Shown: piece by piece, positions 38,575-51,765 of the stretch
Layout: each line of letters starts with the position of its first letter
Position numbering within the stretch: position 1 is the stretch's first letter
NCBI RefSeq assembly: GCF_001194135.2
Contig: NC_068999.1
Coordinates: 48,445,705-48,509,704, forward strand
Direction: 5' to 3'
DNA: 64,000 bases
From: Octopus bimaculoides
Lineage: Eukaryota
The notes under the pieces: model-generated
Seen by the model: only the letters and a program-made list of their open reading frames with translations
Database searches by the model: none
Told to the model about the DNA's origin: nothing
Position numbers and translations under genes: made by a program

Positions 38575-38975
38575 CTGTTTAAAAAAAAAATGATGGATGT
38601 TTTGATTGGTTTAATCACATATTTACAAACCTGCCAATGGTTTATTTTACCTGAAACACATACGACTAACTGGCCTAAGTAAGCAACCAAACAACAGAGC
38701 CTCTACATGGTTGACCAACTTGCTAGAAATAGCAGCAGTTTATTCACTCTCAAATCACACTCTACTGTTTTACAAAAAAGATGGAAGTGTTCATTAATGT
38801 CCCGTAATGTCCTGGAGGTATGATGTCTTAATAAATGTTGGGATGGAAATAACTGGAATGTCTTCCATTGGTCAGTGTTTATGCAGGGCTGACCAAGGGT
38901 TAATCGCAACAATACTAATCACTTGTATGGTGATGATGCTCATTTACAACCATCATGTGATGACTAGACTAGGGT

Positions 38976-39006
<31 letters not shown>

Positions 39007-40531
39007 AAATTCAGATAAATACAAGTTTATGTTATTAGTTCCTACAGTAACCCTTTGGTTACCATATTTATTTTGAGATGCTCTGTGTTTCTTTCAATTA
39101 ATTTTAAATATAACAAAGAATTTAGTAAAATAAATTAGTTATCATTAAGCTAGTGTTAGGAACATAAATTGTGACGAAGGTTTGGTAGAAGATTTTAATT
39201 CAGAACTTTTGAAAACAAGACATTTGTACTACAGAGCAAGAGCCAGTTTCAGCCGGGCTAGTATCAAAATGGTTAAGGTAGCGAGCTGGCAGAACTGTTA
39301 GATTGCCAGGCAAATTGCTTAGTAGCATTTCATCTATCTTTACATTCCAAGTTCAAATTCCACTGAGGTCAACTTTGCCTTTTATCCTACCAGGGCTGAT
39401 ACCATTGGTACCAGCTGAGCACTTGGATTGATGTGATCGACTTATCCCCTCCTCAAAATTGCTGGCTTGTGCTGATACTTGAAACCATACATATGTTTCA
39501 ACCTTGTGGTTGCTTGGAACTTCGCATTGGGTGTTCCAAGTACATTTACTCTTTCACTTGTTTCAGTTGTGTGACTGTGGCCATACTAGTTGAAGAAATC
39601 GACCTCAGGACTTATTTGTTGTAAGCTTAGTACATACAACAAATTACAGTTCTAATTAATCATTCATTAATCAGGGACAATGGTGAGAGGAGGGTGGAGA
39701 GAGAAAGGGAGAGAGAGAGACGGAGGGAGAAAGAGAGAAGTGAGAATCAATAGAGGTATACAAAATGCTGGGGAGACAGGGAGAAAGACAGAGAAATGAA
39801 GAGAGGGAGTGAGAGAGAGAGAGAGACATAGATGAACGAGGGGTGGTGTGGTTGTTGTGTGTGTGAGAGAGAGAGAGTGCGCGTGTGTGTGTGTGTGTGT
39901 GATGGTTGTCAATGACAGCAGTATTGGTAGGAAATACTAAATGGTAAACAGAATGATAGACGTCAATACATGAGTAATCTGAGAAAAGAGGAGTATTGGT
40001 TGGCAGTACACGTGTGAAAAAACAAACAAACAAAAAAGAACGGGTGTTCAAGAAATCAACAGGTTCAAAGTGATCCCTCATTATGCAAGTAACGAGATGG
40101 AAAGAAGAAAGGAGCAGAGAGATACAGGTTGTAGCAGTGGGGTAGGGTTGAGTCTGAGCATACCCAGTATTTCTCTTATTCCAAAGGTGACATGGTAGTG
40201 ACTAAAAGAGAATGATATAAAGAGGAAAAGATACTAAAAAGACAAAAAGGGGGCAAACAGCCCAGATACTCACATACCACACACACACGCACATGTGCGT
40301 GCGTGCGCACAGAGGGTTGGCCAAAAATCACCCAACGGTAAATCAAAATTCCATAAATGCTATCTGTAATTCTGTATTGACTCGAATGGAAAAATGTGTT
40401 GCTCAAGAAGGACTTCAGTTTGAACAATTTTCATGATGTTTCATATTTAGATGCTTTTATTAAATCCATTAGGTTGTAAAATCTTGGAATCAAATGGTTT
40501 TGATTTACTGTCAGGTGACTTTTGGCCAACC

Positions 40532-40605
<74 letters not shown>

Positions 40606-40606
40606 G

Positions 40607-40900
40607 CACAGGCATGGCTGTGTGGTAAGCAGCTTGCTTCCCAACCACATGGTCACATGATTCCTGGATTAGTCCTACTGCACGGCACCTTGGACAAATG
40701 TCTTCTACTGTAGCCTCAGGGCCAACCAAAGCCTTGTGAATGGATTTGATAGATGGAAACAGAAAGAAGCCTGTCATATATATATATATATATATATATA
40801 CACCCACATATACACATGTATGTATATTTATGTGTGTCTGTGTTTGTCCCCCCACCATCGCTTGACAACTGGTGTGTTCATGTTCCTGTATTTTAGCAGT
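40607..40900 (+). mobile_element. CORE-like tRNA SINE, representative of a large family
   Basis: gcatggctgtgtggtaag..gcttgcttcccaaccacatgg...gcaccttggacaaatgtcttctact. Relatives lie at about 13170-13280(-), 17430-17560(-), 17900-18085(-), 20770-20960(-), 22247-22400, 28840-29095(-), 33470-33570(-), 34680-34810, 36500-36845(-), 41545-41710 and 42805-42955. Confidence 0.82.
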
Positions 40901-42954
40901 TCAAAATAAGTCATGGGGGTTGACATGTGACACTGACATTGATTTCAAAGATCTCAGTCACTAGACAAGTGATCTATCTCCACATGGTATCTACTTACAT
41001 CTAAATGGACTGAGCCACTTACAACACAGTGCATGAAATGAATTCTATGCGTAGCTCATACAGCAGTGAATTGTTACTTCCCCATTTCTTCATGGTGCTT
41101 ATTTATATCTACAATGCCTTTGTATGTATACAGCATGTGTTTAGACAAGTTGTTATCGGCAACATATTCATTTAATTCATTAGGCTTCAGATATCTCATC
41201 ATATTAGCTTATCTAAAAACATTATGACATGCACACACATAGACAATCACACACTCACAAAGACAATTATAGCTTTCAGCTAACAAACAGCAGCTAATCG
41301 CTTTTGTTATGATAATTTCTGTAATAAACTCTAGTAATGAGTGCAAGACACTTGTAATATGATGTGGTTATTGTAAGTTTCATCTATGATTTGCCACTAA
41401 GACTTGAGTAGGGTTTCAGTTTTAGGCAGGCTTAATGATAAACTTGTTCACCAGACATAAAGTCAGCTATCTTATTTCTTCTGCGTGCTGAAGAAAAATA
41501 ATTGCTACCAAGATATGTTAGTGTGTGTGTGTGTGTGTGTGTACTGCAAGCAAGCATGGATGAGTGATTAAGAAGTTTGCCTTGCAACTATGAAGTTCAA
41601 GTTTCAGTTCCACTGTGTGGAATCTTGAGCACATGGATCTGTCATAGCATCAGGTTGATCAAAACCTTTGTGAGTGCATTTGGGTAGACAGTGACTGTAT
41701 AGAAGCCTACTTGATGGAGTGTTCTTGTAATTCTAGGGCCCAGCCTTGTCACAATACTGTCATGTTTATTCTAAGTCTTTAGTACCACTTATTTCATCAA
41801 TTTGACTGAACAGAAGATAGGCAATTTAAAAAAAAGTCAAGCCATCTTAATATTACAATTAAGAATGGTGTATGTACCAGTGAAGTACAACAGCTAAAAC
41901 TAAAATGACTAGGCAATCCACCTCATGGTCCCAGCAGACAAAATGGAAAAGTCACTGTCCCAGAGGATGGCAATGTAGACATGCTGGAACAGCCACTCTG
42001 ATTCACGAGACTGGCATTTACAGATAGCCATCTTTGCTCTGATAGCAGTGAGCAGAGATGTAGTCCAAGGATCAAGAATGCTGGAAGTCTCCACTGATTA
42101 ATTCAAAACAATATGAATAAATAAGCATTACATTTGACAGAGTGATCTGAAGATTAAAGGGTTAAATCCTCTCTGTAGCATCTGATGATCTTAGAAGTAG
42201 CAAAACCTTTAAAAGACTGTTTCATTGTTTGTTTAATCTCTGAAATTTAACATTATGAAAGAGAAGGGAAAAAGAGGAATAAAAAGGCATTGTGTGGCAT
42301 CACAGAGAAGCGCTCGTATCGTGTCACATAAAAGCACCCGTATGGTGCTATGTAAAAGCACCCGGCACACTCTGTAAAGTGGTTGGCATTAGGAATGGCA
42401 TCCAGCTGTAGAAACCATGCTGAAGCAGACTGGAGTCTGGTACAGTTCCCCAGTTTGCTAGCTTGGGTCAAACTGTCCAAACAGCATGGACAACAGACGT
42501 TAAATGATGATGATGACGTTTAATAATTTTTATGTAGAGGTTCTCAGAGACAAAGGATACATTCTAAGCGTTCCCCCAACATTTGGGAAATACAGCAATT
42601 GAATATCAGATAAAATGCTTTGTGCTGTTAAATTATGGTATTTTTATCATACTCATCACTGTACAACTGTTGTAGTGAATGGCTCCGATTCTCTCCACCC
42701 ATTTCAGCTTTCATAATCAGTTGCTATCTCATGGTTGGGCAATTAACCGGGGCCATTGGTGGGATTTGTGTCCCTTCATGAAATTTGAACTTAGAATTCA
42801 AGTGTAGGCATGGCTATATAGTTAACAAGTTTGCTTTCCAACCACATGGCTTTGGGTTTAGTTCCATTGCTTAGCACCTTGGGCAAATGTCTTCTACTGT
42901 ATGGCTCTAAGCCAACCAAAACAATGTGAATGGATTTGATAGACAGAAACTGAA

Positions 42955-43190
42955 AGGCGGTTAGCTGGCAGAAATGTTAGCACGCCGGGCGAAATGCTTA
43001 GCGGTATTTCGTCTGCTGTTACGTTCTGAGTTCAAATTCCGCCGAGGTCGACTTTGCTTTTCATCCTTTCGGGGTCGATAAATTAAGTACCAGTTACGCA
43101 CTGGGGTTGACGTAATCAACTTAATCCCTTTGTCTGTCCTTGTTTGTCCCCGCTATGTTTAGCCCCTTGTGGGCAGTAAAGAAATAAGGA
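42955..43190 (+). mobile_element. Intact Nin/Deu-domain-like SINE, representative of a large family
   Basis: gctggcagaa...gagttcaaattccgccgaggtcgactttgc...catcctttcggggtcgataaa..agtaccag. Relatives lie at about 2750-2895(-), 12270-12375(-), 12650-12850(-), 30655-30800, 34075-34270(-), 38075-38180(-), 39277-39480, 53430-53560, 54200-54330(-), 60460-60775(-) and 63425-63890(-). Confidence 0.85.
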
Positions 43191-44463
43191 AACTGAAAGA
43201 AGCTCATCGTGTGTTTTAGTTGCACAATACAGTAGTTGTAAATTAGCATAATGGATATACAAGTGGTCTTGTTCATTTCTAATCTTCTCTAGGCGATGAC
43301 TACTGACCGAGACCTTTGGAAATGTGCTGTGCGTGGGAAGACCCGGCAAGCCAAGTGAGATCGTTTCCAGGGCCCCTGGACTGGCTCTTGTGCGGGTGGC
43401 ACATAAGATGTACCATCTTGAGCGTGACCGTTGCCAGTACCGCCTGACTGGCCTTGTAGGGTTTTCGAGCGAGATCGTTGCCAGTGCCCCTGGACTGGCT
43501 CTTGTGTGGGTGGCACATAAAAGACACCATTTCGAGCGTGGCCATTTTCGTGCGGGTGACACGTAANNNNNNNNNNNNNNNNNNNNNNNNNNNNNNNNNN
43601 NNNNNNNNNNNNNNNNNNNNNNNNNNNNNNNNNNNNNNNNNNNNNNNNNNNNNNNNNNNNNNNNNNNNNNNNNNNNNNNNNNNNNNNNNNNNNNNNNNNN
43701 NNNNNNNNNNNNNNNNNNNNNNNNNNNNNNNNNNNNNNNNNNNNNNNNNNNNNNNNNNNNNNNNNNNNNNNNNNNNNNNNNNNNNNNNNNNNNNNNNNNN
43801 NNNNNNNNNNNNNNNNNNNNNNNNNNNNNNNNNNNNNNNNNNNNNNNNNNNNNNNNNNNNNNNNNNNNNNNNNNNNNNNNNNNNNNNNNNNNNNNNNNNN
43901 NNNNNNNNNNNNNNNNNNNNNNNNNNNNNNNNNNNNNNNNNNNNNNNNNNNNNNNNNNNNNNNNNNNNNNNNNNNNNNNNNNNNNNNNNNNNNNNNNNNN
44001 NNNNNNNNNNNNNNNNNNNNNNNNNNNNNNNNNNNNNNNNNNNNNNNNNNNNNNNNNNNNNNNNNNNNNNNNNATATACAATGTACATACATAAGCATAT
44101 ATATATACATACACATATACATACATATATATATATATATATACATAACATACATATACATACATACATATATACATACATACATACATACATACACACA
44201 TATATATAGCTTTAAACACAAGAGGGACCTATAAATGTTTTTTGTGTGTGTGTGTGGTAAAGCTTGCTTTTCATGCTAGTATGGACAGCCATTTGTTTTA
44301 TCTTTGTTTACGAATGTATGTATATGTACGTGTTTATGTTTAGGAGTTTGTTATTATCTTAGTTACCATTCTGTCAAAGTTGTGGCTCAGCTCTGATATT
44401 TCGTTACTAACTCTTGAAAATAGGTATAGGTGAAGTCATAGAAACTTCAACAAAACGTCCCAA

Positions 44464-44548
<85 letters not shown>

Positions 44549-46455
44549 TGTCAATATATATATATTCACACACACACATCTAGAGAGAGAGAGGGGGAGA
44601 GAGGGGGAGAAAGAAAGAAATACACATAGATTGATAGATAGTGGCGTAAACAATAATGAAATCACAATAGTCATATTCGACGGCAATATTTGTGTATGTG
44701 TGTGTGTGTATACACATATACATACGTGGTTAATCTTACACATACACACAGACGCAATATGCGTATAAAGTTATATTCAAAATCAAAAAAAAAACCCCAA
44801 ACATCAACACTGTTATCATCATCACAGCTTACATCATTATAAACACAACTTCCATCACCATCATCATTTTCACCATCATCATTATCATCATCACTATCAC
44901 CATTAGCAACTTAAGTTTCCCAGTCGACATCGCCAACACCATCGCTATTATCAACACCATTACCAATCATCGTTATCATCGTCGTCGACGTGTTGGTCAT
45001 TGTCGTTGTCATGATCATCAGAACCATCAACAACAATTCAAGCCAACCAGGGTGCCCCTGTAACAGTTAACCTCGCTAGAAACAACAGACAATGCTACCT
45101 TCAAATTACATTCTACGGTTTTAAAAGAAGGAAAGTTGGACATACATCGTGTCCGGAAAAAAAAAATAGCAGGACGGTCATGGTTGGAATGTCTTTGATC
45201 ACTGGTTTATACAAGAGTTAAACTACAATCGCTACTCAACTCAATATGGGGGGAATAAAATGAAATAAAATAAAATAAAAATATCGTTGAAAATATTACA
45301 AAGAAAACAATTGAGATTCTAAAAGATGTCAAACCTCGAGCGTCTAAGTTTATCACAAAGCCTTTAAGTGGTCACTGATCCTGCTAGAAATAACAGGTAA
45401 ATCTATGCAAGGACTCTACCTGTAGTCCCATCATATTATCTTAAATAAGGATAGATAGCGTAGTTCTGCACACCCCTAAAATAACGGGACGGTCATGACT
45501 GGGGTGCCCTCTATTCATAAGGCGTGCTCGAACAGGGGTAATCTGTCACTAGACAACAAGCCTACCGTCTCAGATAGATACATAGATAAAAGGTTATACT
45601 GGATGTGTAGCCCGAGATTTGGTCTCTAAAAGAAAAAGGAATGCAAGAAATAAATGGTTACGGCTGGGACACCGTTGATCAAATATAAGTCTCCTGGATC
45701 GAATCTAGAACCTGGGGTCAGACCAGTGTTTCTCATAGGAAAGGGCCATGGCCATGCTCTCCACTCTCCAAAGGAGTTATCCTCTGAGCATTGAATAAGG
45801 AGCGGAAAATTGCGTTGATGCTTTTAAAACTTGTGAGTTTATCCAACACTATGGCGACAAAACGAAAATGATAAGGATGAAAACCCTATTCCGTTTTCTC
45901 ATTGATAAAGAGGGTGGGAGATTGGCAGAATGCATTTCTTTACGTTCTGGGTTCAAATTCCGCCGAGGTCAACAAGTACTTAAGGTAAAGTACGAGTTAA
46001 GGTCAATGTAATTTACCATTGACAAAGTTCCTTCCGTCCAAAATTAATGGGGACAGATATCTAATATTTTTGGAAAGGGTATCGTGTATCTTTGTGATGG
46101 GGTGGTTGGTTATTTTCCAGCCTGAGGACCACTGCTAATAACTATTGTATTTGATGGCATAGAAGATGTACGAGCATGCTAGGGGGCACCCGAATTTCAG
46201 CAGTGCATATCCAGAGAGAAAAGTTTCAGTGCACTAAAGCGTGTAATATTTGAAACAACCTCGTATAAAGGACCCTGGGTGATTTTTTGAGAAATTGGGG
46301 GAAAACTGCGTCTTAAGGAAGATATACTGTGCTTGAAGGAGGTGGGTGAGGGAAAAAAACGTGATGGTCACGGCTGGGACGCCTTTGATAATACATAGGA
46401 CCAGTTCGATCAGGACTGACCTGGGATTAAACCACAAACAACTTTTTCTCTTTAC

Positions 46456-46557
46456 CTTGAAGCGATTCTGTAGTGCTTGGTTGGTAAATGCTCCTTCAAC
46501 TAATAATTTCTTTGAGAGACCAGATTCACTTACGAATGCTTTTTTTTTCATCGTCAT
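46456..46557 (-). CDS. PACRG: PACRG first coding exon (MTMKKKAFVSESGLSKKLLVEGAFTNQALQNRFK)
   Basis: LLVEGAFTNQAL resembles human LVSEGFTVKAM; gtaaag donor in phase 0. The start could be at 46557 or 46551. Confidence 0.78.
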
Positions 46558-47164
46558 ACGTTTTTGTTTCAGTTGACACGATGTACTTTGGTCCAAGCAA
46601 CACCAATTTATTGGTCTTCTGTGGAATGGCAGGAGAAAATATCCACGTACTCGTTTTATCGTCAGATCAAATTCGAATGCAGACACGCACACACACTCTC
46701 TTTTTCTCTCTTATTCTTTCTATTCTCTCTTTCTCGCTCTTCTCTTTCACTTTTCACTAGACGTATACACTTTCTCTCCTTTCTCTCTTATTCTTTCTGT
46801 TCTTTCTTTCTCTCCTCTCCCACACTATCGACTCCTCTCTCTCTTATTATTCACCTGTCTCTATTTTTATAACTATTTCCCCTCTTCTCTTTCTCTTTTC
46901 GATTTCTTTCTTTCTTCGTTACGTTCTTATAAGCTTACTTTCTTTCTTATTTTCATTGTGTCACTTGTTCTCTTCTTTATTTTCTCGTCCTGTGTCTTTA
47001 GGAGAAAGATAGCGAAGAAAGGAAGAGAAAGCGATGATAGAGTGAACTGAAACAAAAAGAGAGAGGAAGGGTTGCCAAGTCTGAATGAATGAGACTGACA
47101 GTGTGATTGAAGGTAACAAGACCAGAAAAGAAGATAGAAAGAGATACAATAAGAAAAAGCGACA

Positions 47165-47195
47165 AAGATAGATAGACAGACAGATAGATAGATAA

Positions 47196-47270
<75 letters not shown>
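47165..47270. repeat. (GATA)n microsatellite
   Basis: Direct reading. Other tracts: (AC)/(CT) 33390-33458, (TA) 40535-40601, (ATCT)/(AT) 44465-44545, (TATG) 59505-59620, (TTG) 61570-61637, (CA)/(CCAT) 61799-62110. Confidence 0.95.
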
Positions 47271-47271
<1 letters not shown>

Positions 47272-47589
47272 AGAGTAGTAGTGGGAGAGAAATAGAACAA
47301 TGACGGGGGATTAAATAAGCGATAGAGTTGAAGAGAGAGAGGGGTGAATCCGAGAAACAAAGCGAAGTGTCGTCATAGCGACCAAAGACCCGGATGTTGT
47401 TTATTATTATTTATTTTTTGATATTTTCGTTATTTGTTTTCACTTTGGTTTGTTTACGCTGGTTTTTATTATTACTACTCTGGTATGGTGGGTGAGAGAC
47501 ATGTTAAAGTGTCAGAGAATAAACTTCGTGGTATTTAGTTACGATCTTTTACTTTGTGAGTTCGAATCCAAAAGGATCCGACTTAGTTT

Positions 47590-47717
47590 TCATCCCACTG
47601 GGGGTCGACACAATAAAGTCCCAGTGAAGAACTGGAATTGATTTAAACGACTAACCCCCACCACCGCTAAATTTCTGGCCTTGAACCTATAGCAGAAAGG
47701 ATTATTATTATTATTAT

Positions 47718-47760
<43 letters not shown>

Positions 47761-48420
47761 GGTGGTGGTGGTGGTGGTGGTAGTATGGCAGCGAGCTGGC
47801 AGAATCATTAGCACGCAGGACAAAATGCTTAACTGCATTTCTTTGGACTCTTTACGTAGTGATTTCAAATTCCGCCGAGGTCGACTGTGCCTCTCATCTT
47901 TTCGGGGTCTATGAAATAATTATTAGTAGATCACTGGGTTGATGAATCGACTCGACTCCTGCCCTCAAAAACTTCAGGCTTTATGTGCGAAAGGATTATA
48001 ATTATCATTATTATTACTACTACAGCGGCAACTGGTAGAATCTTTAGCGCGTCGGACAAAATGCTTCGCGATATTTTTCCGGTTCTTTACATTCTATGTC
48101 ATCGAGGACAACTTTGCCTTTCATCCTTTCGAGATCGATAAAATAAACTACCAGTTGAGTACTGGGGTCGATATAATCGATTTTCCTCTCCCACTTACAT
48201 TACTGGCCTTGTACCAAAATGAAAAAGAATTATTTTTACTATTAAGGCGTCGAGCTGGCAGGATCAGTAGCGCACAGCGGCATTTCTTCAGACACTTTAC
48301 GTTCTGAGTTCAAATTCCGCCGTGGTCAAAAAGTACCAGTTGAGCACAGGGGTCGATGTAATCGACTTACGCCCTCCCCCTAAAATCACTGACCTTGTGC
48401 TAAATTGGAAAGAATCATTA
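47590..48420 (+). mobile_element. Cluster of Nin/Deu-like SINEs: three head-to-tail + copies, preceded by a - fragment and a (TAG/TGG)n tract
   Basis: Repeated ggcagcgagctggcagaatc heads at about 47787, 48025 and 48246. Confidence 0.85.
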
Positions 48421-49086
48421 TTTCTACTATTCTGTTATTTATTTCAGTCATTTGACTGCGGCCATGCTGGAGCAGCGCCTTTAGCCGAACAAATCGACCG
48501 GGGACTTATATAAGCTTAGTAATTATTTTATCGGTCTCTTTTGCCGAACCGCTAGGTTACGGGGACGTGAACACATTAACATCGGTTGTCAAGAGATGGT
48601 GGGGGGGGGGGAACAAACACAGACACATAAACACACACATGTATATACGACACACACACACATACATACAGACATAGTGTATTTATGATCGTTTATAACA
48701 ATGAAGTTTAACGTCATAATGCATCAGAGATATGAATAAAGAACAATATCAATTAATTATTATGTATTCTTATCAGGTAAGGATGCACACCTCAGAAAAA
48801 CAGAATGGACTAAACAGAACAGGAGCAGACACGTGGGATGGAAGAGTCGCTGAAGCGGTCACAGATGTGTGACGAAAGATTTCGAGACAATGGACATAAG
48901 ATAGATTAAGAACTTTAATAAACGAGTGAGGAACGAATATACATAGTGCGTGTGTTTATTTGACAAAAAAAAAGAATAATAAAATAAAAATAAATAAAAA
49001 AAAAAGACCGTCCTGAAACAACAATATGTTTGAACACATGGTTTCACATCGGGAGTCTCGCAAAGCAAATTCATAAACTTGTGTGT

Positions 49087-49123
<37 letters not shown>

Positions 49124-51479
49124 NNNNNNNNNNNNNNNNNNNNNNNNNNNNNNNNNNNNNNNNNNNNNNNNNNNNNNNNNNNNNNNNNNNNNNNNNNNNN
49201 NNNNNNNNNNNNNNNNNNNNNNNNNNNNNNNNNNNNNNNNNNNNNNNNNNNNNNNNNNNNNNNNNNNNNNNNNNNNNNNNNNNNNNNNNNNNNNNNNNNN
49301 NNNNNNNNNNNNNNNNNNNNNNNNNNNNNNNNNNNNNNNNNNNNNNNNNNNNNNNNNNNNNNNNNNNNNNNNNNNNNNNNNNNNNNNNNNNNNNNNNNNN
49401 NNNNNNNNNNNNNNNNNNNNNNNNNNNNNNNNNNNNNNNNNNNNNNNNNNNNNNNNNNNNNNNNNNNNNNNNNNNNNNNNNNNNNNNNNNNNNNNNNNNN
49501 NNNNNNNNNNNNNNNNNNNNNNNNNNNNNNNNNNNNNNNNNNNNNNNNNNNNNNNNNNNNNNNNNNNNNNNNNNNNNNNNNNNNNNNNNNNNNNNNNNNN
49601 NNNNNNNNNNNNNNNNNNNNNNNNNNNNNNNNNNNNNNNNNNNNNNNNNNNNNNNTTTTTCAATCTACGTAGGGAAATATGGAAATTAAGAATATGGTGG
49701 GCGGGGAAACAGAAATTTTAATTTCAAATTTTTTATGAAAAACTCTAAAATTGATCCACACTGCATCCCGCTGTCTAAAAGTGAAAACGAACGGCTGTTT
49801 AGTCCGTTCCCGCATGCGTAAATTTATAGTAAAACAGCAAAAGAACCACGGCATGTAAAGCCCTCACTCGATATGCTAAAAATAACAGCTAAATGTTCGG
49901 AGAATTTTTGTGCTTGTGGGTGCGCGCGTGCAACAGTTTCTACAGCTTATCCGAATGAACAGAGAAAGAAGTACACAAAAGAAATCGGCAAGGTCAGTTG
50001 GGGGTGGGGTGACTGTCCTCCAGTTCCACCCTATGAAGTTCCTTAATAGACTCTGTTTGGAGATTTTCCTGTATTAGGAAGAAAACATCGTCCATGAGTT
50101 CATATATTTTGCATACATGGTATGTTTTATTTAATTGTTTTTCACCTCTTCCTTTCTTCCCCCTCATCTTTTTCCACAAATTGTAAACTGTCTTCTCATC
50201 GGATGCTTCAATACTTTAATATTGCTTATTTTATCGACCCCTGGGTAGATAAGCGAAAGTTAAAGACGAGATTTTAACTCAAAACGACGAAAATATATCA
50301 CAAGGAATTTAACCCGTCTCTCTCGCAATCTTGTCATTAACCGCCATTGTAATCCTTATGTTAATGGAGCGTGTACAAGTACCACGGAGTTTGGTCGGGT
50401 GGTAAAATGTAAGAGGACGAGTGCTTCTTATATTGAAGGGACGTGCGGCCCATGAAAAGAAAATTGTCAGAGGTAAGTGCTCCATTTCAAAGATATGATA
50501 AATTAAAATTGTAAAGTAAGAGGTTAATAGCCTCAATTTGTAAATTTATGTAAACATTTATAAAAAAGCAATGTTATAGAGAAGCAAAGTTCGGCGGGCG
50601 GCTTCTGTCTTCTCCCATTGATATTATCACGTTCATCATTCATCTCATTTCATTAATGTGTTTGTCCAGCCCGCAGCTACTCCTCTGTGTACTGCCTTTA
50701 TGGCAAATAAAATGAAATAAAGTATATCTAAATATGCAACCGTAAACGACCAGCCCTTTCTTTCACCATCTACAACATTCTCAGTAAGTAGCTTGTACCT
50801 CTCCTTAGAGAAGTGTAGGTGAGAGACGGGATTTGATAGTTTTCTGGCAGTTGAGAGTATTGTCTGGTCTGTCTGCTGTACCTAACAATATTCCCTCAGT
50901 ATTCCTTCCCCATGTTAGGTGATATCAGTGTATGTCAACGGATTACTTGCATTCCTCCGGAGTCATACCAGAAGTCACAGCCCCTCAGGGATACATGGTA
51001 AACTCACCAGCAAGGGGATTAGAATGCAAAACGCTATACGGATTCTGCCAGAACTACCTTTGAGTAGATGATTAACACATACATATCTTTTCTTTCTTAG
51101 ATAAGAAATCGGAAAATAAAAATGAAAGCTCCGTCTTATTTGGCACATTGATCTCGTAAGATTAAAATGTTCAAAGAACCAATCCCTATAGATAAACAAC
51201 AGATCAACGGTCGCTTTCTTCGATAAGTATTTCAGTAATTCGATCAAGAAAATTACTCTATCTGCTCATTGAATGGTACTATCATTGTGATAAGATTGGT
51301 CTTTTGAATTATCGGTACAACTCATCTTTACCTATAATTCAGACTTTCTGCCGTTTCAACCTATTCAATTTCACTCACTATCTGAAGTTGTTGGGTAGAA
51401 AACACTTGCTCAAGATCCCAAACCCGTGCTCTTGTGATTACGAGGCGAATTTTTAAAAATTTAATCATGTGCCATCAAC

Positions 51480-51700
51480 TTGTGTTTAGTCTTAGCCTCA
51501 GGTCAGCTCTGATTGATTATACCTATGATCACAGACATTCCAGCAGTGACTGTCCCGTTTTTTTTTTCCATACATCTAAGCATTTCATTATTCAATGTTA
51601 TATTTCTTTAAAAACAAAAGGAAAACTTGGGGTGTATTTTGGAGAAGATTTGGCTTCTATTTCTAGCAGATCGAGCGACCATATAGAAGCTCCTTTGTCT
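51480..51700. repeat. Copy of an abundant non-autonomous interspersed repeat (ctatttctagcag / ggtcatggctggaatgcctttgatc family)
   Basis: Related fragments in both orientations at about 1330-1480, 2300-2500, 4185-4240, 10480-10640, 31850-31880, 33240-33380, 38700-38790, 45050-45720 and 46340-46440. Confidence 0.72.
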
Positions 51701-51765
51701 CGTAGTTATCTCCTCCTGATCTTCGACGCGACTTTCAATTGTCAAATGAAAATATTGTAGTCAAA

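Larger units (their letters stand above)
35221..46557 (-). other. PACRG: PACRG gene span (Parkin co-regulated, axonemal inner-junction protein), 5 exons
   Basis: AGAFKPR...[14 protein letters not shown]...[44 protein letters not shown]; phases are consistent. Confidence 0.97.

Noticed and set aside
41909-42094. Minus ORF METSSILDPW... as PACRG exon 1
   Set aside because: No PACRG similarity. The 46456-46557 exon has both homology and the correct phase.
27769-46557. Minor (U12) introns in USB1 or PACRG
   Set aside because: All inferred donors are ordinary GT types, with no GTATCCT or ATATCCT.
50830-51060. Possible multibranch RNA closed by ttctggcag/ctgccagaa with internal 7-8 bp stems
   Set aside because: The stems are short enough to arise by chance, and no RNase P/MRP, SRP or 7SK signature motifs are present.
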